A stretch of 6,192 nt of DNA from a virus. Taxonomy: Duplodnaviria; Heunggongvirae; Uroviricota; Caudoviricetes. The notes under the pieces are model-generated. The model saw only the letters and a list, made by a program, of their open reading frames with translations, ran no database searches and was not told the DNA's origin. Shown piece by piece: positions 1-6,192 of the stretch. Location: the IMG/VR virus record IMGVR_UViG_2534681649_000007; one strand, 5' to 3'. Numbering within the stretch: position 1 is the stretch's first letter; each line of letters begins with the position of its first letter. The position numbers and the translations under genes are program-made.

Positions 1-131
1 ACCCAGTTGTAATAACCGATCCTGGATACACCAAATACCTGACACATCGCTTCAATGGGAAATTGTTGTCGCCATTGTTCGATTAACGCGTATTTTTCAG
101 CGACTCCTGTGCAAAATACGCTGTTGCTTTT
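1..131 (-). CDS. IS600-like transposase OrfB frame, N-terminal portion (partial, continues beyond window)
   Basis: Open frame on minus strand from the TAA at 132-134 down to window start. Same frame as the orfB part of the fused ORF in copy 2 (SNSVFCTGVAEKYALIEQW...). One nonsynonymous difference versus copy 2 (Ile versus Ser, codon at 18-20). Confidence 0.6.
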
Positions 132-384
132 TTAATATATCTCGCTCAAGGCGAGCTTCATTTAACGCCTTACGCAGTTGCAGAATTTCAGATTCCAGTT
201 CAGCCACCGTGCGGGAACCAGGAGTACCGAGCCCTTTTCTGGCGGCGGTAACCCATTGTCCTAAAGTGCCTTCAGGAAGGGATAATCGGGAAGCGCCTTC
301 ACTGATCGAAAGTTGATTTTCAAGAACCGTTCTGACAGCTTCGGCTTTGAACTCTTTAGAGTAACGTTGGTTTTTTCTGCTCAT
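97..384 (-). CDS. IS600-like OrfA (HTH transposase regulatory protein), 95 aa with non-canonical C-terminus
   Basis: ATG at 384, stop TGA at 97-99. Translation MSRKNQRYSKEFKAEAVRTVLENQLSISEGASRLSL... is a typical IS3-family OrfA. The A-run at 127-132 on plus (6 T) is one short of the length that would give the conserved OrfA end KKATAYFAQESLKNTR, so the product here ends KKQQRILHRSR. Confidence 0.8.
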   Translation of the reverse strand: MSRKNQRYSKEFKAEAVRTVLENQLSISEGASRLSLPEGTLGQWVTAARKGLGTPGSRTVAELESEILQLRKALNEARLERDILKKQQRILHRSR

Positions 385-445
385 TATTAGCTCCTTCTGA
401 TGCCATTCTATTTCAGGAAGGAGTGTCCGTTAAACTCAGGCTACC

Positions 446-637
446 TCAATCTTCTCTTATTTTGAAATACAGATTCGTCAGATAAGTCAGAAGCCCCAGA
501 AGCAGACTTCCCAGCACACCAATCGCAGCCCACTGTGATGGACTGACCTGATCCAACCACTGCAAAAACCAGTAGCCGGCACTGCCGGCGGAGGTGCCGT
601 AGGCAATGCCCGTTGAAATTTTGTCCATGGATTTCAT
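446..637 (-). CDS. Phage class II holin (phage 21 S / Stx-phage S-like), C-terminal tail truncated by IS insertion
   Basis: 63-aa product [28 protein letters not shown]...[11 protein letters not shown] with the dual-start motif M-K-S-M and two hydrophobic segments. Strong SD GGAGGTGA (RC of 641-648) upstream of ATG at 635-637. The stop codon TGA (446-448) is the terminal TGA of the IS600-like inverted repeat, so the native charged C-terminal tail is replaced. Confidence 0.8.
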   Translation of the reverse strand: MKSMDKISTGIAYGTSAGSAGYWFLQWLDQVSPSQWAAIGVLGSLLLGLLTYLTNLYFKIRED

Positions 638-797
638 AGCCTCACCTCCGCAAATAACGGATGGCGTAGTTTTACACTGAGAAATGAAAGGGATTTGAAA
701 AGAAAAAAACGCAAAAGCGGGCGAAACGATATATACAGTAAGGAAAGCACTCTATCCAACAAACCACCCACAGTTAATCGGAATAAAAGCAGAGTGC

Positions 798-870
798 TTA
801 TGAATGATCGCACGCCCGAAGGTTAGTATTTCTGCACAGCAATTTTGCAAAAAAAGGCGATCATTCATAA
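798..870. repeat. 14-bp perfect inverted repeat (TTATGAATGATCGC / GCGATCATTCATAA) with 45-nt spacer, in the tRNA-holin intergenic region
   Basis: Arms at 798-811 and 857-870 are exact reverse complements. Read directly from the sequence. Confidence 0.6.
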
Positions 871-877
871 CTTAAAC

Positions 878-923
878 GTCTTTCAGTCACTCCGGGATTT
901 CCCATCATCGCAGACTGAAAGAC
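878..923 (-). repeat. 11-bp inverted repeat (GTCTTTCAGTC / GACTGAAAGAC) immediately 3' of the tRNA cluster; possible processing or terminator hairpin
   Basis: Arms at 878-888 and 913-923 with a 24-nt loop containing the palindrome GGGAAATCCC. Lies 7 nt downstream of the tRNA-Gly 3' end on the minus strand. No strong U-run follows, so terminator function is uncertain. Confidence 0.3.
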
Positions 924-929
924 TCTGAC

Positions 930-1004
<75 letters not shown>

Positions 1005-1007
1005 ATA

Positions 1008-1083
<76 letters not shown>

Positions 1084-1085
1084 GC

Positions 1086-1162
1086 TGGCCCACCACCGAG
1101 GACTCGAACCTCGCACCGTCAACTTAGAAGGTTGATGCTCTATCCGGATGAGCTAGTGGTGG
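1086..1162 (-). tRNA. tRNA-Arg (anticodon UCU; decodes rare AGA/AGG)
   Basis: Minus-strand sequence CCACCACTAGCTCATCCGGATAGAGCATCAACCTTCTAAGTTGACGGTGCGAGGTTCGAGTCCTCGGTGGTGGGCCA. Acceptor CCACCAC/GTGGTGG with unusual C1:G72, anticodon stem TCAAC/GTTGA, loop CTTCTAA, T-arm CGAGG-TTCGAGT-CCTCG, encoded CCA. Confidence 0.8.
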
Positions 1163-1163
1163 T

Positions 1164-1240
1164 TGGTGGCCCTTGCTGGACTTGAACCAGCGACCTGGCG
1201 ATTATGAGTCGCTCGCTCTGACCAACTGAGCTAAAGGGCC
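1164..1240 (-). tRNA. tRNA with CAT anticodon, ileX-like (likely tRNA-Ile2 lysidine type reading AUA; elongator Met not excluded)
   Basis: Minus-strand sequence GGCCCTTTAGCTCAGTTGGTCAGAGCGAGCGACTCATAATCGCCAGGTCGCTGGTTCAAGTCCAGCAAGGGCCACCA. Anticodon loop CTCATAA. Acceptor and T-arm closely resemble E. coli ileX as recalled. Confidence 0.8.
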
Positions 1241-1249
1241 GGAGGCAGA

Positions 1250-1278
1250 ATAATAACCATATGTCATCACATCTGCAA
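1250..1278 (-). promoter_or_regulatory. Candidate sigma70 promoter for the tRNA cluster
   Basis: On minus strand: -35 TTGCAG (1278-1273), 17-nt spacer, -10 TATTAT (1255-1250), ending about 10 nt upstream of the first tRNA 5' end at 1240. Pattern match only. Confidence 0.3.
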
Positions 1279-1328
1279 ACTCATCTGACCACCAGCACGT
1301 TTAACGTCCTGTGCCGTTTTTCAGGTAT

Positions 1329-1352
1329 AAAAAAACCCGCATAAAGCGGGCT
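1329..1352 (-). terminator. Rho-independent terminator-like hairpin (candidate lambdoid tR'-type late terminator)
   Basis: All-GC 5-bp stem CCCGC (1336-1340) / GCGGG (1346-1350) with loop ATAAA. On the minus strand it is followed by UUUUUUU (RC of A-run 1329-1335). Lies between the IS911 end and the tRNA promoter. Confidence 0.5.
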
Positions 1353-1377
1353 CTTTCAAATGCCCATGTGAAGTGGT

Positions 1378-1521
1378 CAACAAAAACTGGCCACCGAGTT
1401 AGAGTTTTTCCAGTATCGATTTTCCGATTCGTTTGGGGGTAACCCACCGTTATATTCGTGCGGTCTTAGTGCGCTGTAATATCCAACGATATAGTCCGTT
1501 ATGGCGTGAGCTGCCTCGCTG
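1378..1521 (-). pseudogene. IS911 orfB 3' fragment, separated from the rest of orfB by the IS1 insertion
   Basis: Minus-strand translation continues the OrfB frame: ...AHAITDYIVGYYSALRPHEYNGGLPPNESENRYWKNSNSVASFC, stop TGA at 1378-1380 inside the IRR. Confidence 0.8.
1513..1521. repeat. 9-bp target-site duplication (GCCTCGCTG), left copy, for IS1
   Basis: Identical 9-mer immediately flanks both IS1 ends (1513-1521 and 2290-2298). Confidence 0.9.
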
Positions 1522-1770
1522 GGTAATGCTGCCAACTTACTGATTTAGTGTATGATGGTGATTTTAAGGTGCTTGCGTGGCTTCCATTTCCATCAGATGT
1601 CCTTCCTGCTCCGCTACTGAAGGCGTGGTGCGTAACGGCAAAAGCACTGCCGGACATCAGCGCTATCTCTGCTCTCATTGCCGTAAAACATGGCAACTAC
1701 AGTTCACTTACACTGCCTCTCAGCCCGGTACGCACCAGAAAATCATTGATATGGCCATGAATGGCGTCGG

Positions 1771-3352
<1,582 letters not shown>

Positions 3353-3396
3353 ATCACCTCTGTTCAGGTGGCCAAATTCAGTGTGCCACTTCAGGT

Positions 3397-3459
3397 GCCG
3401 AACCTTCCTCCGGATATAATCTGTGATTCCCCAATCAACAGAACCAGAGGAGGTTCGGC
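3397..3459. repeat. Imperfect inverted repeat (GCCGAACCTTCCTCC ... GGAGGAGGTTCGGC) 3 bp from the IS911 end, just downstream of the ydaT-like gene
   Basis: 8-bp perfect core GCCGAACC/GGTTCGGC extended by imperfect pairing, about 30-nt loop. No U-run on either strand, so not an obvious intrinsic terminator. Confidence 0.4.
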
Positions 3460-3466
3460 ATAAACA

Positions 3467-3889
3467 TCAATGCACAACGACAGAATCGTCGGACGACCCA
3501 CCACCGCTGAAATGTGCTTTCCGGTAAACGGCCTGAACTGCGTCATCATGCGCATCAATTGCCGTACTCAACGCTTCCTGCGCCGCCAGTAATGCACGGC
3601 GTTCCAGGGTATCGAAGATACAGAGTCGGTGACGCAGCTCACGCGGAAGAATTGCCAGAACCGCAGGGATCAGTTTCTGAATTTTCTCCCTTTGCGCTTT
3701 CGTTTCACCTTTCAACCAACGGTGATAGATATTCTGCTGATTGTTCCAGTCCTTGCCTGGTACCAGAGGCAATTCGCCGCCCCCCTGCCGCAGATATTCT
3801 TCAGTAATTGCGTTAGCGACCCACGCCTGCCCTTTTTCGGCTGCCAGGGCTAACAGCACTGATTCGATGTGCTCATGCCTGATTTTCAT
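3467..3889 (-). CDS. YdaT-like prophage protein (occupies the cII position downstream of the cro-like gene)
   Basis: 140-aa ORF MKIRHEHIESVLLALAAEKGQAWVANAITEEYLRQGGGELPLVPGKDWNNQQNIYHRWLKGETKAQREKIQKLIPAVL.... SD GAAGGTGA upstream of the ATG at 3887-3889. The start overlaps the dicC-like 3' end by 17 nt. Family assignment is from recalled similarity to Rac/CP-933P YdaT. Confidence 0.55.
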   Translation of the reverse strand: MKIRHEHIESVLLALAAEKGQAWVANAITEEYLRQGGGELPLVPGKDWNNQQNIYHRWLKGETKAQREKIQKLIPAVLAILPRELRHRLCIFDTLERRALLAAQEALSTAIDAHDDAVQAVYRKAHFSGGGSSDDSVVVH

Positions 3890-4100
3890 GAATCACCTTC
3901 CCAGGTCGTTTTGCCTTACGATATTCGTCATAAACTTTGGGGTCGTACTGAAGTTCCCCGCCAGATGCCTCTTGCAGGCGCATCGCGCGGCCTTCAGGAA
4001 CCAGTTCCCCCCATGCAGCAATGCTTGCCAGCCTAACTCCTGCGGCATTGGCAAGCTTTGTTTTGCTGCCAAAAAACGCTATAGCATCAATTTTCAACAT
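3873..4100 (-). CDS. dicC: DicC-like Cro-type small regulator
   Basis: 75-aa product MLKIDAIAFFGSKTKLANAAGVRLASIAAWGELVPEGRAMRLQEASGGELQYDPKVYDEYRKAKRPGKVIHENQA closely resembles E. coli Qin DicC as recalled. SD AAGGAG 7 nt upstream. Divergent from the dicA-like gene. Confidence 0.8.
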   Translation of the reverse strand: MLKIDAIAFFGSKTKLANAAGVRLASIAAWGELVPEGRAMRLQEASGGELQYDPKVYDEYRKAKRPGKVIHENQA

Positions 4101-4176
4101 ATCGAGCTCCTTAGATTTTCCTAAGGAAACTAGATCGTAGAGAAACCTAAGTCAAGAAAGATTAGAATTCCCTAAT
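4101..4176. promoter_or_regulatory. Divergent promoter/operator region between dicC-like and dicA-like genes with repeated TTAG-N6-CTAA palindromes
   Basis: TTAGATTTTCCTAA (4111-4124) and TTAGAATTCCCTAA (4162-4175, ending 1 nt before the dicA ATG), plus related CCTAAG/CTTAGG half-site-like motifs at 4120-4126 and 4145-4150. Layout is analogous to cI/cro operators. Confidence 0.5.
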
Positions 4177-4584
4177 ATGAAAAACGAAACCTTCGGTGCT
4201 CGCCTCTTACATAGGCGTAAAAAATTAAAACTGTCTCAGGCCGCATTAGGTAAGCTGGTCAAAGTGGCTCACGTAACAATTTCTCAATGGGAAAGAGATG
4301 AAACACAGCCGGCGGGGAAAAGATTATTCGCACTGAGCCAAGCGCTTCAGTGCTCACCGACTTGGCTTCTTTTTGGGGATGAAGATAAACAACCAGGCGA
4401 ACCGATCCCGGATAATCAGCCAGCCATTCTGACAGAAGATCAAAAAGAGTTACTTCAACTGTTCGACGCACTGCCTGAGTCAGAGCAAAAGGCCCTGTTG
4501 TCAGAGATGCGTGCTCGAGTTGAAAATTTCAACAAACTTTTTGAAGAACTACTCAAAGCTCGCAAAAGAAGCGCAAACAAATAA
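4177..4584 (+). CDS. dicA: DicA-like HTH (XRE-family) repressor
   Basis: 135-aa product MKNETFGARLLHRRKKLKLSQAALGKLVKVAHVTISQWERDETQPAGKRLFALSQALQCSPTWLLFGDEDKQP...PESEQKALLSEMRARVENFNKLFEELLKARKRS. Shares the HTH_3 N-terminal domain and the conserved C-terminal blocks of E. coli DicA as recalled. Confidence 0.85.
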   Translation: MKNETFGARLLHRRKKLKLSQAALGKLVKVAHVTISQWERDETQPAGKRLFALSQALQCSPTWLLFGDEDKQPGEPIPDNQPAILTEDQKELLQLFDALPESEQKALLSEMRARVENFNKLFEELLKARKRSANK

Positions 4585-4649
4585 TCCCCTTTTTTCTCCA
4601 CACCCTGTAATAAAAAGCACAAACTTTCAAACACTTGTGTTTTTTACAT

Positions 4650-4728
4650 CAAAAAAACTTAGGTTTTTATACATAAAATCTTGACTCCACGTCTTAGGTT
4701 ATTCTAAATTTCATTCATCAAGACACCG
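4650..4728 (+). promoter_or_regulatory. Candidate promoter/operator region upstream of the ydfA-like gene
   Basis: Possible -35 TTGACT (4673-4678) and -10 TAAATT (4697-4702) with 18-nt spacer. Two CTTAGGTT motifs (4650-4657, 4685-4692) resemble the half-sites in the dicA-dicC operator region. Small palindrome ACACCGCACGGTGT at 4715-4728. A weak hairpin plus T-run at about 4610-4640 may terminate dicA. Confidence 0.3.
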
Positions 4729-4786
4729 CACGGTGTTCTCAGCAAACAGTTCCACTACCCCGGCGTTAAGGGGAAATGAGGTCAGC

Positions 4787-4939
4787 ATGGATACTATCGA
4801 TCTTGGCAACAACGAATCCCTAGTGTGTGGCGTGTTTCCCAATCAGGACGGCACATTCACCGCCATGACGTATACCAAAAGCAAAACGTTTAAAACCGAA
4901 GCTGGCGCACGTCGCTGGCTTGCCAAAAATACCAGCTAA
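4787..4939 (+). CDS. ydfA: YdfA/YdaF-like small prophage protein (DUF-type, function unknown)
   Basis: 50-aa product MDTIDLGNNESLVCGVFPNQDGTFTAMTYTKSKTFKTEAGARRWLAKNTS from the ATG at 4787, preceded by GAGGT. It follows the dicA-like gene as ydfA does in Qin. The longer tracked ORF start at 4733 has no RBS. Confidence 0.7.
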   Translation: MDTIDLGNNESLVCGVFPNQDGTFTAMTYTKSKTFKTEAGARRWLAKNTS

Positions 4940-4983
4940 TCCATTTATTGGATTAATTCAATATTCTCGCTGTAGAGGTATAG

Positions 4984-6149
4984 TGAGGTGTACTGGCAAT
5001 AGCGGACACTACCATTTGTTCTTTTTTTAAGCAGCCATCTGATGATATTTTTCCCTGAAGGCTGCCGGGGAGATATTCCCCAGACGAGAGTGACGACGCT
5101 GACGATTGTAGAAAATCTCAATGTATTCCCGTATTACTGAGATGGCTTCATCCCGGTTATTAAAACGATAGTGGCTCAGGCTCTCATTTTTCAGCGTTCC
5201 CCAGAAGCTTTCCATCGGAGCGTTGTCGTAACAGTGACCTTTACGCGACATTGATGTTTTCAGACCAGACTGCTCCTGTATGACCCGGTAATCGTATGCG
5301 CAGTACTGTGAACCTCGATCAGAGTGGTGGATTAGCCCGGCAGGTGGGCGCTGGCTCCTGAGCGCCATAAACAGGGCTTTACCTGTCAGCTCTTTTGTCA
5401 TGCGCTCTCCCATGGCGTAGCCGACAATTTCGCACGTATAAACATCTTTGATGCCAGCGAGGTACAACCATCCCTCCTGTGTGGCAACATACGTCAGGTC
5501 CGCCACCCAGACCTGATTTGGTGCTGTAGGAGCGAACGTCTGGTTCAGCAGATTTGGCGCAACTGGCAGATTGTGGTTCGGGTTCGTAGTCGCTCTGAAC
5601 TTGCGTTTCTGCTTACAGCGTAGCCTTAGCTCCTTACGAAGACGTGCCAGTCGGTCACGACCAACGATGATGCCATTCTCTGCCAGCTCCGTCTGGAGCC
5701 GCCGGGTTCCATATGTTTCGCGAGTGCGGATATGTGCCACCTTAATCTCCAGTTTTAGCCGCTCATCACTTTGTTTTCTGTCTGAGGGTTCATGCTGTAC
5801 CCAGTTGTAATAACCGCTCCTGGATACACCAAATACCTGACACATCGCTTCAATGGGAAATTGTTGTCGCCATTGTTCGATTAACGCGTATTTTTCAGCG
5901 ACTCCTGTGCAAAATACGCTGTTGCTTTTTTTTAATATATCTCGCTCAAGGCGAGCTTCATTTAACGCCTTACGCAGTTGCAGAATTTCAGATTCCAGTT
6001 CAGCCACCGTGCGGGAACCAGGAGTACCGAGCCCTTTTCTGGCGGCGGTAACCCATTGTCCTAAAGTGCCTTCAGGAAGGGATAATCGGGAAGCGCCTTC
6101 ACTGATCGAAAGTTGATTTTCAAGAACCGTTCTGACAGCTTCGGCTTTG
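4984..6149 (-). mobile_element. IS600-like IS3-family element, copy 2, missing its IRL-proximal ~99 bp (replaced by IS1 end)
   Basis: IRR TGAGGTGTACTGGCAATAGCGGACACTACC at 4984. Sequence is collinear with copy 1 up to 6149, where the IS1 terminus begins. Same minus orientation as copy 1. Confidence 0.85.
5027..6149 (-). CDS. IS600-like orfA-orfB in-frame fusion (OrfAB transposase-like), N-terminally truncated by IS1
   Basis: A single ORF spans both frames because the A-tract has 8 A (T-run 5926-5933 on plus) instead of 6 in copy 1. Translation ...ERDILKK-SNSVFCTGVAEKYALIEQW... with DDE-type motifs VWVADLTY, HSDRGSQY, DNAPMESFW. The only in-frame start is a TTG inside the IS1 terminus (6161-6163). 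Confidence 0.7.
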
Positions 6150-6192
6150 GGTAATGCTGCCAACTTACTGATAGTGTTTTATGTTCAGATAA
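6150..6192 (-). mobile_element. IS1 copy 2, terminal fragment at window edge (insB-proximal end), inverted relative to IS1 copy 1
   Basis: GGTAATGCTGCCAACTTACTGATAGTGTTTTATGTTCAGATAA is the reverse complement of an IS1 right end including the insB 3' codons (...LNIKHYQ stop). The element continues beyond the window. Confidence 0.85.

Larger units (their letters stand above)
1..448 (-). mobile_element. IS3-family insertion sequence, IS600-like, copy 1 (IRL-proximal 448 bp; rest of element lies beyond window start)
   Basis: Minus-strand terminus TGAGGTAGCCTGAGTTTAACGGACACT at 448 pairs as an imperfect inverted repeat with TGAGGTGTACTGGCAATAGCGGACACT at 4984. Positions 1-349 are near-identical to 5799-6149 of copy 2. 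Projected full length is about 1264 bp, matching the IS600 size class. OrfA N-terminus and OrfA/OrfB frame organisation are IS3-family typical. Confidence 0.85.

Noticed and set aside
700-730. Possible terminator on the minus strand (CGC-AAAA-GCG followed by a T-run)
   Set aside because: The stem is only 3 bp, too weak to call an intrinsic terminator.
1499-1760. ORFs 1499-1696 (minus) and 1548-1760 (plus) inside IS1
   Set aside because: They overlap insA on the opposite strand or in another frame, have no RBS and no recognisable family features. Typical spurious frames within IS1.
3514-4124. Plus-strand ORFs 3514-3807, 3629-3853, 3741-4124 antisense to the ydaT-like and dicC-like genes
   Set aside because: They overlap better-supported minus-strand genes, lack RBS and have implausible composition.
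4259-4471. 70-aa minus-strand ORF antisense to the dicA-like gene
   Set aside because: Sits inside the dicA-like CDS on the opposite strand; no independent support.
4733-4786. N-terminal extension of the ydfA-like ORF (tracked start at 4733)
   Set aside because: No RBS at 4733, and the extension is not part of the conserved MDTIDLGNNES start. The ATG at 4787 has a GAGGT Shine-Dalgarno.
5571-6116. Plus-strand ORFs 5571-5810 and 5853-6116 antisense to the IS600-like orfAB
   Set aside because: Antisense to the transposase frame, Ser/Arg-rich, no start context.
6150-6163. Tracked start of the 378-aa ORF (5027-6163) taken as a genuine N-terminus
   Set aside because: The start is a TTG inside the IS1 terminus created by the insertion junction. 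It is treated as a junction artefact or speculative reinitiation site, not a native start.

Overview
This window reads as an IS-riddled remnant of a lambdoid prophage in an E. coli/Shigella-type genome; no database search was possible, so all identities rest on the sequence and on recalled family knowledge. Left to right: the end of an IS600-like IS3-family element (1-448, minus) that clips a phage 21/Stx-phage-type holin (446-637, minus); a minus-strand cluster of four tRNAs (930-1240: Gly-UCC, Thr-UGU, Arg-UCU, Ile2/Met-CAT) preceded by a candidate promoter and a tR'-like hairpin; an IS911-like element (1369-3393, minus) lacking a target duplication and itself interrupted by an intact IS1 (1522-2289, plus) with a perfect 9-bp duplication; a prophage immunity-type module (ydaT-like and dicC-like on minus, dicA-like and ydfA-like on plus, 3467-4939); a second IS600-like copy (4984-6149, minus) truncated by a second IS1 end (6150-6192). 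The most notable observations are opposite-direction length changes in the frameshift A-tract of the two IS600-like copies (6 A versus 8 A, with 7 A inferred as canonical), a one-base-short A-run at the IS911 orfA start, and IS911 sitting where the prophage replication and Q antitermination module would be. All three A-tract anomalies are in homopolymers and could be sequencing artefacts. I found no CRISPR array, rRNA or toxin gene.
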